A stretch of 64,000 nucleotides of DNA, taken from Fonticula alba ATCC 38817 (lineage: Eukaryota > Protista > Nucleariida). Position 1 is the stretch's first letter; each line of letters starts with the position of its first letter. The position numbers and the translations under genes were made by a program. Below the pieces are notes generated by a model that saw only the letters and a list, made by a program, of their open reading frames with translations, was not told the origin of the DNA and did no database searches. Shown here one piece after another: positions 25,039-36,962 of the stretch. The stretch lies in the NCBI GenBank assembly GCA_000388065.2, contig KB932201.1. One strand, 5' to 3'.

Positions 25039-26771
25039 CAGCCGTAGCAACAGCAGCAGCGGACGCACGGTCGCGCGTCAGGTCGACGGGCCCGCCACGG
25101 CTCGGGAGTAACGGATCGCGCGGCGCTGGTATCGTCGACGACATCAGAGTCGCATCAGCCAGGGACATCAAAGTTGGCGAGGCCGCCGAGGAGGCCCCGG
25201 CGTTGGAGGACCTCCTGCTGCCACCAGCCGGGGTCTCGTCTTCGGCGTCGCGCACGGCAGCGGGGGGCTCCTGTGCGGCGCCGGAGCCGGCCCCGGCCGC
25301 GGCTCCTGGAGCCACCACAGGCCCGAGGGCCAGGCTGGAGGAAGACATGACGGAAATGGGCGGCGAGCCGCCCAGCGTGTCAGCTGTGCTTGACCCCCCT
25401 GGCGCCAGGGACGCCGAAGAGGACGAGGCAGAGAGACCGACCGAGGAGGAAGCAGAGGCAGAGATGCCCCCACCGGGAGTACCCCGACCGGTCGACTTGC
25501 TAGCCATAACCGCCGTCATATAAGCCAGCAGCTCCGGTGCAAAGCGCGCAAACTCCGGATCGGCCATCAGCCGCGCGGCACAGGCCATCGGATCCGAGCA
25601 GACGCAATTCGAAGAGGAGGAGGTGGCACCGGCGCCGGTGGCGACCACGATGGCGGCGTTCGCGGTCGCCGTGCCAGCGCCAGCCGCGGAGGCACTGCCT
25701 TGCAGAGCGGCCAACTGGGCCGTGCGCTTGGCATCGGCCTCGGCAAACACCTCGGCCGGCAGGACCGACCTTTCGGACAGGCCGCCGGAGCGCTTCTCTC
25801 CGGACATGGCGGTCATGCTAAGGCTCCCCTGTACTCCGAGGCAGAGGCGGATCAAGGACAGACCCTTGGACCGGGTGAGCAGCGGTTGGAACTTTGACGT
25901 GGCATAGGTGAACAGGTGATTGGACTCGCTCGCAATCAGGAGGAGCACCTGTGTGCCCGTGAGGGTGGAAAGCTCGCGGGCCTACACATCCGAACGGGAG
26001 GGGGGGGGGAAGGGGGGCTGGTAAGGTGAGTAGACGTGCCGATTTGGCCAGCAAGGGAAAGCAGGGGCACAGGCGAGGAGAAGATACTCAAGAGAGACCG
26101 AGAGAGAGAGAGAGAGGAGGGGGGGCGGAAAACGGGCAAGGATGCCCGGGGCAGAGAGGCTGGCGGACCTTCTTCATGATGCCGGCCTTGCGCTTGGAGA
26201 AGGAAATGTGGCGCTTGCTCTTGTTGGCGATGTATGCGATGTTGATCTTCTTGCGCTCGGTCTTGGTGGAGGGGGAGGGGCTCTTGGTGGAGGATCGGGC
26301 GCCAGACCGGGCGCCACGGCCGGACCGGGCACCACGGCCGCGCCGAGCGCCAGCCGTGCTGGGCGATCCGTCACCATCGTCATCGTCATCGCCGTCATCC
26401 GAGCCGCCAGCATCACTGTCGAACATCTCATTAGTCAGGGGGTTGGCTTCGATCTGGCCGTAGGCATCGGTCTCGGCATCCAGCAGCATCTGATCCTCGG
26501 ACTTCAGGGACCCAGGGGCCAGGGGAGCCTGATCGGAGCCGCCTTCCGGCAAGTGGGCCGGTGGGAACCGGCCGGCATCCGAGAAGGTCCCGGCCGAGTG
26601 CAGCGAACCATCCGCCGTGGCATAGGAATGGCTGCGTTTGCGTGAGGAAACGGCTCCGAGGGCCGAGGGGGTGGGCAGCTCAGTCGGCAGCCCGGACCGC
26701 GCGGGATGCGGCGAAGGCATCGGCATGGGAGGCGGATACGGGCTCCCAACGCCGTAGGGGGGACCGCTCAT
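22294..26771 (-). CDS. SRF: SRF/MCM1-type (type I) MADS-box transcription factor, 4 exons, 1312 aa
   Basis: Exons 26771-26169, 25981-25069, 24897-24583, 24401-22294 sum to 3939 nt with consistent phases. MADS/SAM: RKKINIAYIANKSKRHISFSKRKAGIMKK|ARELSTLTGTQVLLLIASESNHLFTYATSKFQPLL...LIRLCL. Inclusion of exons 3-4 is inferred from splice-phase fit. Confidence 0.88.
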
Positions 26772-28270
26772 TGCCCCGGGATGGCGGGCATCGACGCGCC
26801 GGTGGCGAGGAGGGGAGGCAACTCCAGACACAGGGACGGAGAGGGTGGAGACCGTTGAAGGGGGGGGGGGNNNNNNNNNNNNNNNNNNNNNNNNNNNNNN
26901 NNNNNNNNNNNNNNNNNNNNNNNNNNNNNNNNNNNNCAGGGGGGGGGGGAGGCGAGCGCGCGTGTGTAGGGTGGAACATGGCGCCAAGCGGGGGTTGCCG
27001 CGGGGGCGCGCGAGTTGGCGCGCCTTAAACCGGAGACACGCAAAAGAGGCAGGCGCCTCCCACAGCGGGAGAGGGGGGGGGCGCGCTGGCGAGTTGGCGA
27101 GGCCCGGGAAAGTCGTTTGGACGATCCCAGTCGGGGAAGTGGCGCTGGGGGCGATGGTGAAACGTGAGGCCCCTCACACCCGTCCCTCAGCTTCCCCATG
27201 CTCACAAACACACACAGAGGCGGGGGGGGAAGGACCGTCGGGACGCGCCTCGTGCGCGAGATCCGCAACCGGCGGGCGCCCTGCCGCCGCCGCCCCCGCC
27301 GCCGCCGCCGCCGCCGCGAGCCCACGATCGCCGTCGTCCTCCGGGGCAGGTGGCGACTCCATACGACGGGGCAGAGCGCACTCCGAGGCTGGGCGAAGAC
27401 CGATGGACAACCCCCCTCGCCCCGACTGGAGCGGGTAGAGATCGAGTTTTTCAGTGGGCGACCCTGCCCACTTGCCGTCTCACGGGCGGCGGCAATGACA
27501 CTGGGCCGGCACCGTAGAGGTGCGACGCGCGAGGACGCTCAACACTTGCTCACCTCAAGGGGGCGGGGACACGCCCCCAGGCGGGGAGACCTATGGTCTC
27601 CCCCAGCAAGTGAGCAACACAGGACCGCCTTCGGCTGGCCGGACGAGGCGCGCGCGCGTGCGCGCACCGTATATTGCCCTAAGGGGAAGCTACCAACCCC
27701 CGGATGAGAGCCAGCATGGTGATCTGGGCGCACAGAATGAGAGCAAACTACGTTGGGGGAGGGTGGACCCGTGCCCGGCGGGGGTAACTCTCGTTGGTTC
27801 TCTCTCCCGTTCCCCCGTCGGGGCCACTGGCTGCAGCCCGTGTCCGAAGACAAGGGGCAGCCCGTCGGTGTTTCCCCATCAGGAAAGGGCGCGACGCTTC
27901 CTCATTTAACGAGTGACATTCCTCAATTCGCATGGGCAGAGTGTAATAGTGTTCCGGATCTCCATTTGGAGATAGTCCGGTGTCACTCGCCCCGAGCACA
28001 TGGTGGCGATGCCGGGGAAAGGGGGAGGGGGGAGGCGGGAAACCTGCCGAGGAAGGGCAGGAACAACGAAGCAAGCAGTGCTCAGTGGCGGCGCCCATGA
28101 TGCCGCCGTCCAGGCCGGCCCCCCCCCCAGCACCTGACCAGACGTATCCCGTCCCGGGGGCGCAAAGTGTGGCATCCGGCGCCTGGCCAGTGCCGGGACC
28201 CCCCCCCCCCCCCCCACGTTGCGCGCGTGTGTGTGGGCCTAGGTGCCAGAGGGAGGCGAACACGCACACA

Positions 28271-28310
<40 letters not shown>

Positions 28311-28371
28311 CACACAAGGTCGGGCTACCGCGGGCACACTGCGGGACCCCCTGCCCGTCGCCGAGCCGGGG

Positions 28372-28378
28372 TATAAAA
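28372..28378 (+). promoter_or_regulatory. Candidate TATA box (TATAAAA)
   Basis: Perfect consensus in a very GC-rich context, followed by pyrimidine-rich sequence and a short ORF at 28542. Confidence 0.35.
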
Positions 28379-28541
28379 AGGCGCGCGCCCTCAACACACT
28401 CCCAGTCCCAGGTCACATATGCACTTCCTCGCCATTGTCTTTTTGGTTCGTTTTTTTTCCTCCCTCTCCCCTCCCCCCTTCCCCTCCCCCCGCTCTTCTT
28501 CTTCTTCCCTAAACGCGCCATTGTGTACGACAACCTACTCC

Positions 28542-28646
28542 ATGTTTCCAAGTAAATTTGTCGAAGGGTTTACTGGCGCAATAATTGCATACACGCTAGC
28601 AGCGGTGTTAGTGTGTGTGGCCTCTCATAATGACGCATCGGCTTAG
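28542..28646 (+). CDS. Candidate 34-aa single-TM small protein
   Basis: MFPSKFVEGFTGAIIAYTLAAVLVCVASHNDASA. Hydrophobic core of about 17 residues. In frame with an upstream ATG at 28419. No homology recognised. Confidence 0.25.
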   Translation: MFPSKFVEGFTGAIIAYTLAAVLVCVASHNDASA

Positions 28647-29303
28647 GGTTTACTTCCTCAAACCCTTTGCCGTTGGTGCATTCATTAACCAGGGCCATGT
28701 CCATCTCCTCCTCATTCTCCTCCTCCTCCTCCTCCTTCCTCCACACACACACCTCCTCTCCCTTTCTCCCATGACACCTCTCTAACTCCCCCCTCCTCCT
28801 CTTCTCTCTTAGGTTCCTCCCGGGCCGCGAGACACCTCTGCTCTATGTGTGCATATCCTCTCCAGCCCGTGGCACGGCGCGGTATCCTATTTCCCCCTTT
28901 TTTTCTTTAAAAATTGAAGTGCACACATCTTGGCATAAGCGCGCGAGGGGGGGGCGGGGAGGGGCGATAGAGCCCGGTTCAGCGAGTGTGGTTCACACTT
29001 TCAGAGCAGGGCCGGAGAGAGGCGACCACCACACAGCATTCTCTCAGGCCTCGATTGCCAACAGCGCAGCCCCCCGGGAATAGGAACACACCCGCTGCTT
29101 TTCTCCTCCATTGTTGTCTTTGATACACGCAGATGCACAGACGCCAGAAAGATACCCAGGAGGGAGGCCCTGTTGCGATGAGCGCGGGCTTTCATGCCCT
29201 CGGGGAAGGGGAGGGGCGGAGGGATGCATGTGTCCACTGGGAGACTTGTAGTTGGGCGCCCTCCGCCCTCCTCCTTCCCGACCCGCGGAGGGGCACACCC
29301 ATG

Positions 29304-29481
29304 TCAATGCCGCCCGCCCTGGGGGCAGCCTCGCCCACTGTTGCCACCCACAACCCGCCGGGGATTCATCATAGGGATGTGACCTGGCTGCCAGTAACTC
29401 GGCATCGCGGCCGACACCGGGCGAGTGCGACCAGCAAGTTGCAGAACCGTGCACGGCTGCTGCTGTTGCTGCTTCTGATGT

Positions 29482-29528
<47 letters not shown>

Positions 29529-29897
29529 ACACTGTTGCCTCCCGGAGGAGGGTGACAGATTCAGCCGGCGGAGGTACTCCAGCACAGCGCCAGTCCGGGC
29601 CCGCAACTGGTCCATGCTGGTGTTGCCAACCCGGCATCGGTCGGCCTTGGCCTTGGATGCTGCTGGCCGCTGGCAAGGCCGCGCCACTCCGCCCCACCCC
29701 CGTGGCCCAGGAGCAAAGAACAGAGGAGTGGCCAGAGACGCGGACTTCAGGCAGGAAGAGCGCTCGGCAAAGGGGCCCTCAAAGGGCGTGGTCTCAAGCT
29801 GATCGCTCGAGTGCCGAGGAGTGAGCACTGGCCATCGGCCGGCCGGATGTGCCCGGCTCGCGGGCCCGGGCGTCGGCGTTGTCGGAGATGACGACAT
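29304..29897 (-). CDS. Hypothetical polyQ-containing protein (start and splicing uncertain; ORF extends to 30221)
   Basis: Open frame with a CAG-encoded polyQ, which in this window otherwise occurs in coding exons, and a helical-looking segment MDQLRARTGAVLEYLRRLNL. Confidence 0.4.
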
Positions 29898-32030
29898 GTG
29901 AATTGGCAAATGCTCGGAGGCAGAAAGGGGCGACCCTTCAAAGCGCAGGGGAGGGGCAGGGAAAGGAGAGGACACAGGCGAGGGTGGGGGGGGGGGGAGG
30001 GGGGCGAGGGGGATCCTGGAGGCGGCGGGGGCGAGGCGCCTCGGCCCCAAAAGAAGATGGCCAGAGCAATGTCTCCCGTCGAATCCCCTCACGTGTGGGG
30101 CCCCCTCCCCGATCGNNNNNNNNNNGGGGGCGAGGCGCCTCGGCCCCAAAAGAAGATGGCCAGAGCAATGTCTCCCGTCGAATCCCCTCACGTGTGGGGC
30201 CCCCTCCCCGATCGCGGACATTGATGGGGAGTGGATGAGCCTCCCCGCCGCCGTCTGGCACCCGCCGTCGAGGGGGGGGGGGGGGGGGGGGAGCCCGCCC
30301 TCGCGACACGATCCGGGGGGCAGCGGAAAACACCTGTGGGTCTTGGAAGGTGATAGGCGAAAGGAGAACGGGAGTTTAGCGCACGGCTGGGGTGTGACTG
30401 TGGATGGATCATGTGTAAAAATGAATGTTCTTCCATGATTATGGTTAAGATGCGCGAGCGAGGCCTTGGAAGTGCCACTCTAAACCCGGTCCAGACCCTG
30501 GGCGAGGTGCGAGGACATGACTGGCCGCACCTGCCCGGCCGGGGGGGGGGGGGGGCGCGCGCAGCAGGGGCGCCAAGGGGCGGATGGTGGCCTGCGCCAG
30601 GCTTGTGGAGTGATGGTCTCCAAGACGGGCCCCGCAGACGAAGGGGGACGAGCCTTCGCCGGCACCGGATGCCTTCCTAAACCTGCCGATGGTGAAGGGT
30701 CATTTGACCGGAGGGGGGCGGGGGGTGGGCACTCCGGGCCTCTGGCGCTCCCGACCGGCCGAAAGACCGGCCGAAAGACCGGCCACAGGCTGTGCCTCGA
30801 TATAGGGCCTTTTTCCGCGACATTTCACGCTCCGGGGGGCGCAGGCTTGCCGGCGGGCGGCGGAAGGCGCACCCGGCGCCAAAAGACAGGAAAAAGCCGA
30901 ATAAATAACATCATACTCCCTCCCAGCATCACATATGCCCACGCCACAGGGCGTTTCTGATCTGGTGGACGGCTTTCCCCCCCCCCCNNNNNNNNNNNNN
31001 NNNNNNNNNNNNNNNNNNNNNNNNNNNNNNNNNNNNNNNNNNNNNNNNNNNNNNNNNNNNNNNNNNNNNNNNNNNNNNNNNNNNNNNNNNNNNNNNNNNN
31101 NNNNNNNNNNNNNNNNNNNNNNNNNNNNNNNNNNNNNNNNNNNNNNNNNNNNNNNNNNNNNNNNNNNNNNNNNNNNNNNNNNNNNNNNNNNNNNNNNNNN
31201 NNNNNNNNNNNNNNNNNNNNNNNNNNNNNNNNNNNNNNNNNNNNNNNNNNNNNNNNNNNNNNNNNNNNNNNNNNNNNNNNNNNNNNNNNNNNNNNNNNNN
31301 NNNNNNNNNNNNNNNNNNNNNNNNNNNNNNNNNNNNNNNNNNNNNNNNNNNNNNNNNNNNNNNNNNNNNNNNNNNNNNNNNNNNNNNNNNNNNNNNNNNN
31401 NNNNNNNNNNNNNNNNNNNNNNNNNNNNNNNNNNNNNNNNNNNNNNNNNNNNNNNNNNNNNNNNNNNNNGGCCCCCGGGGACAGAGGGGGGCGGGGGGGG
31501 GGCGGACGGGGCAGGATGCTCCGGCGCCCGCCTCCAGCGCGGTCGCCCCCCGGCTCGTGCCCTCCCAACCGGGCGCCCCACATAGTGAAAACGGGCGCCC
31601 TTTACATCGGGCTCTTGTGGCCGCCCCCGGCTTGGGTCCTGCACGGGAGCCACCGCCAGGCACCAAGGGTGCTCCCTCCCCCATTGGACCGCCCCAAGCC
31701 AAGGCTGCCACCGCGCAGACCCGCGCCCGGCCGCTTCTCCCACCGCAGACGACGGCTGCGCTGACTGCAGCTGCCCCCCACCCCCGGGCCCCTCTGCCCG
31801 GGGAGCCGGTCGCGGGTGGTCCCCCAGCCCGGGAGCTGGAGAGAGCCCGGCGCGCAGGGGCCAAGACACCGGGCCCGCCCCCTTGCTGGAGCCGGGCAAC
31901 CCCAGGGGAGGCCGGGCTGGCCGGTGCGGTGTTTCACCGAGGCCGGTGCCCGGGGATCTGGGGTTTCCGCCTTGCCGGGCCGTGCTGGTAGGGTTGGGGC
32001 CTCTCTCGGCGGGAGGGCGCGCCTCGCCGC

Positions 32031-32061
<31 letters not shown>

Positions 32062-34650
32062 GGACTGCACGCCTCCCTTCGCCGTCCACTTGCGAGCCAC
32101 ACTTGATGGTCGTTTGTTGATGCTCCCGTCTCCCTCCCTCTCTCTTTCTCTCTTTGTCTTGCCCCTGCCTCCCCACGGCCGTCTGTTACAAAAGGCGGGG
32201 GCGACACCCAGATCACCTTCACCGGACCCGGTGCAGGTGGGACGGGGCACCGGCTCCCCGGTGGAGGGGTTCGCCCCTTTCCCGTGGCGGTCCGCGCCCA
32301 AGCGCTCGCCCGCACCACTACTACCGCCACCCAGCCAGGAGCCGTGTCCGGGCCCGGGGCGGAGGAGGGGCATATGCGCTGGCCCCCGCCCGCCCGCCCG
32401 CCCGCCCGCCCGCCCGCCCGGACACCGGGCCCCCTCCGGTGGGCCGCCGCCGGTCACCCGACAGCCGCGCGTGTCCGAGCACACAGGCCTAATTGCGTAG
32501 ATGCCTGCACCGTAGCCCACGCAGCTACGTGCTCCCAAGCTCTTGGGCGGCTAGGGTCGTGGAGGGGGAGGGACAAGGCCGGGCAGTTTTTCCGGCCACC
32601 GGTCCCCCTCCGGCCTGAGTGGCCGTTTCGGCTCCGGGGCCCCTCCGGTCGCCGGGCCGCGTTTACGGCCGGGCCGGATGCCATGGCACTCTCCCGCCCC
32701 TGTTTGAAGCGCGCCAAAGAGCCCCCCCCCCCCCCCCCCCCGCCAGGGNNNNNNNNNNCCCCTGTTTGAAGCGCGCCAAAGAGCCCCCCCCCCCCCCCCC
32801 CCCGCCAGGGTTGCCACAGCGGGGCAGCCCGCGCGGCGGCCTCCTCGGCCGCATGCGAACGTGGCAACTGTCAGCTGTGTTGGATCCTCGCGCGCCGGCG
32901 GAACACCGCCTAGTGGAGCCCAGCATGGCCGACTCTCCCCTCACAACATTCTAGCAGCAGGGAGCCGGCCATCTCGCCGGGGAGGGTGCCCCGGGACCGG
33001 CCTCGGGTTGTGCTCGGGCTGGGGCGACTACAGCGCGGCTTCGGGCTCGGGGGGGGGGGGAGTGTTACCGCGGCGGGTCCCGGGGCACGGGTGGGCGCGC
33101 CTCGCGAGATTCTCGCACACGCAGGGAGGCCACCTGCGTGCGCCGGAGCCCGGGCCCGCCGTCCATCGTGCGGACGCGGGTCGCTGCCACGCGCCCCGAC
33201 CCCCCCCCCCCCCATCCCCTTGAAGGGAGGACCATGCCGCCCCGGGCGCGAGGCGTTTGTTTTTTTTTCTCTCCAAATCTCCCCCCCTCCACCGCGCCGC
33301 TACGCCACCCTTTTTCGCCGCCCCAGCAGAGGGGCGCAGGGGGGGGGGGTGCGGGCGTTGGCCAGTCGGAGTGTATGCTGGGGGTGCGGGCCCAGGCCAG
33401 GCCGGGCCCGGGGGAGAGGTATGACTGGGCCAGANNNNNNNNNNNNNNNNNNNNNNNNNNNNNNNNNNNNNNNNNNNNNNNNNNNNNNNNNNNNNNNNNN
33501 NNNNNNNNNNNNNNNNNNNNNNNNNNNNNNNNNNNNNNNNNNNNNNNNNNNNNNNNNNNNNNNNNNNNNNNNNNNNNNNNNNNNNNNNNNNNNNNNNNNN
33601 NNNNNNNNNNNNNNNNNNNNNNNNNNNNNNNNNNNNNNNNNNNNNNNNNNNNNNNNNNNNNNNNNNNNNNNNNNNNNNNNNNNNNNNNNNNNNNNNNNNN
33701 NNNNNNNNNNNNNNNNNNNNNNNNNNNNNNNNNNNNNNNNNNNNNNNNNNNNNNNNNNNNNNNNNNNNNNNNNNNNNNNNNNNNNNNNNNNNNNNNNNNN
33801 NNNNNNNNNNNNNNNNNNNNNNNNNNNNNNNNNNNNNNNNNNNNNNNNNNNNNNNNNNNNNNNNNNNNNNNNNNNNNNNNNNNNNNNNNNNNNNNNNNNN
33901 NNNNNNNNNNNNNNNNNNNNNNNNNNNNNNNNNNNNNNNNNNNNNNNNNNNNNNNNNNNNNNNNNNNNNNNNNNNNNNNNNNNNNNNNNNNNNNNNNNNN
34001 NNNNNNNNNNNNNNNNNNNNNNNNNNNNNNNNNNNNNNNNNNNNNNNNNNNNNNNNNNNNNNNNNNNNNGTACGTGCGTGCAAGCGGGTGTGTATGTGTG
34101 CCAGGGGGGAGTGGGGGGAGTGGGGGGAGTGGGGGGCGGGGGGGGGGGGAGTGGAGAGGCCTATTCTGCGTGCCCTGAAGAGGGGCCGACCAAGGACCCC
34201 CCACCGCCGGTGGCTCCTCCATCAGTACTGTTGACTTTCTTCCCTTGTCACAGGTACCCCCCCTCTCCTCCCTCTCCCTCTCTCCTCCTCCTGCCTCCCC
34301 CTTCCCCCTGCAGCACACACACGCACGCACACACACACACACACACACACGTTCCTATCCCATGCCCGCGGCGTCCACCACAGCATCCTCTCTCTCCTGC
34401 CTGCCCGCACCACCTCAACGCACCATGCTCTCCAACTCTTTCCTGCCGTTTCGCCACCCCAGCTGCTCCCGATTTCCTCTATTGCTGCGCCCCCCCCCGC
34501 CCCTCCACTCCCCTTCCCGCCCACCCTGCTGCATGCATCTGCCGGCGCCCACTCTTTCCCCCCCCCGCTCCATGCTGACACGTCGCCCGCCACCCCTTCG
34601 CTCCCCCTCCCGTCCCCAGCTTACTAGCTAAGAAAAGCACTTTTTCCACC

Positions 34651-35818
34651 ATGGCCACTTTCCCCACCGATCTTTGCCCCGTCTACGCTCCCTTCTTCGG
34701 CGTGATGGGCGCCACCGCCTCCGTCGTCTTCACCTGTACGTCTTATTGTGTCTCCCTCTTGGCTTCTCCCTTCTCTTCTCCTTGGTTTCTCGTCCTGACC
34801 TCGTCTCCTTTCTCTCTCTCTCTCTCCCCCTCCCCCGTCCCCTTCCTCCTCCACCCACAGCCTTCGGTGCCTCCTACGGTACCGCCAAGGCCGGTGTCGG
34901 TGTGACCGTCCTCGCTGTCATGCGCCCTGAGCTCATGATGAAGTCCGTCATTCCTTGCGTCATGGCTGGTATTATTGGTATTTACGGCCTCGTCGTCTCC
35001 GTCCTCATTTCTTCCGGCAGTGCGTGGCTCTCTCCCCCATTTTGTTTCTCGCCCTTTCCCCCCTACACGTCGCCTCTCTCTCTCTCTCTTCGCCCTTCTC
35101 ATCTCTTCACCATATCCTCCTCCTCCTTCTCCTTCTCACCGCGTTTGCCCTCCTCTCCCTCTCCCCCTCTCTCCTGGTATCGCCTCCCTCGGCCTATAGT
35201 GCAGTGGAACGAGTACACCCTGTTCGCGTACGTTTCTCCTCCTCCTCACCTCCCCCTTTTGGTGTCTCGCCCCTCTCCCCGCTGTGTCGCTTTCTCTTCC
35301 CCACAGCTAACCCCTCTCCCTCCTCTCCGTTGTCTCCCTGCTGCGCCATCACAACACCCACGCATCCCCCCCCAAATCACAGTGGCTTCATCCACCTTGG
35401 TGCTGGTCTCGCTGTCGGTCTTGCTGGTCTTTCTGCTGGTTTTGCTATTGGTATTGTTGGTGATGCTGGTGTTCGTGGTACTGGTCAGGTTCGTAGCAAT
35501 CCCCCTCCCCCTTCCCTCCTTCTTCGCCCTATCTCGCCTCCTCTCTACTCCTTGCTCTCCCTTCTTTCCTTGTCGATTTTCCGTCTTGCTCACCACGCGC
35601 GCCCCTCTTCGTCCTCCTCTCCCCCTCCGCCCGCTCTCTCCCTGTCACACCCACACCCACCCACGCGCGCGCGCACACACACGCTCCCACAGCAACCGAA
35701 GCTGTTCGTCGGTATGATTCTTATTCTGATTTTCGCTGAGGTGCTCGCCCTTTACGGCCTCATTGTGGCTCTGGTCCTCCAGACTCGTGCCGGTGATGCC
35801 AAGTGCGTCGTCTCCTAA
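34651..35818 (+). CDS. ATP6V0C: V-type H+-ATPase V0 proteolipid subunit c (16 kDa)
   Basis: Exons 34651-34735, 34861-35019, 35200-35227, 35383-35488, 35693-35818, all in phase. [81 protein letters not shown] (proton-binding Glu present). Confidence 0.98.
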
Positions 35819-36754
35819 ATCAGACCAGCTCGCGCGCGCGCCCAACGCCCAACGCCCAAGCTGCTGCGATGTTGTCTTCTCCCTCCCCCCTTCCCCACTC
35901 CAGCGGAGCAGTGTGTCCCCTGTGGGCCCCCCCTCCCCTTCCTTCCTTCCTTCCCACAACACATACACTGCCGCGCTGCCCTCCTCTTCCTCCCTTCTCC
36001 TCCTCCTTCCATCTTCCTCAAGAAAGGCTGTTTGGAGCTGCGAGATTGTGATGGGGGGTGGCGCGGCCTGTCCTCTTTTCCACATGGCCCCGTGCTTTTG
36101 TCATATAGCCTCTCGCCAGAGCCCCATCCTCGCAATAATACAGTCTGCATCAGAGTTTCACTCTCCCGGTGTTGTTATTTTGCGTTATTTTGCTTCTTTT
36201 CTCGACATTTGTGCTTGTTGCACCCTTTCCCATTCCTCCCTCCATCCACACACTTTTTGAAGGAGGGGAATGGGGTCAGAGGTGTGTGTGAGAGAGAGGC
36301 AGGTCCGCTGCATACTTTTGCCTTTCCCTTTCTCTCTCTCTCTCTCTCTCTCTCCTTCCCGCCATGGGCAAATGGTGGGCATTCCCTGCAGAGTATCATC
36401 CAGCAGAAGGCGGCTCCCCGTCGTACAGTCTTTTTTGCCCCCCCCCCCCNNNNNNNNNNNNNNNNNNNNNNNNNNNNNNNNNNNNNNNNNNNNNNNNNNN
36501 NNNNNNNNNNNNNNNNNNNNNNNNNNNNNNNNNNNNNNNNNNNNNNNNNNNNNNNNNNNNNNNNNNNNNNNNNNNNNNNNNNNNNNNNNNNNNNNNNNNN
36601 NNNNNNNNNNNNNNNNNNNNNNNNNNNNNNNNNNNNNNNNNNNNNNNNNNNNNNNNNNNNNNNNNNNNNNNNNNNNNNNNNNNNNNNNNNNNNNNNNNNN
36701 NNNNNNNNNNNNNNNNNNNNNNNNNNNNNNNNNNNNNNNNNNNNNNNNNNNNNN

Positions 36755-36789
<35 letters not shown>

Positions 36790-36962
36790 ACACTTCGTCT
36801 ATTGTGTTCATTAAATAAAAGGCCCCGTGTGGCGATCGGTCTGGGATGTCCCACTACACAAGGCGCGGGTGATGGCACGCGGTAGCCACGTCATCAGCGG
36901 GTGGTGGGGATGCCAGGAGGGTGCTCGCGCACTCGCACCCCCGCGCAATTACACGTGTACGA

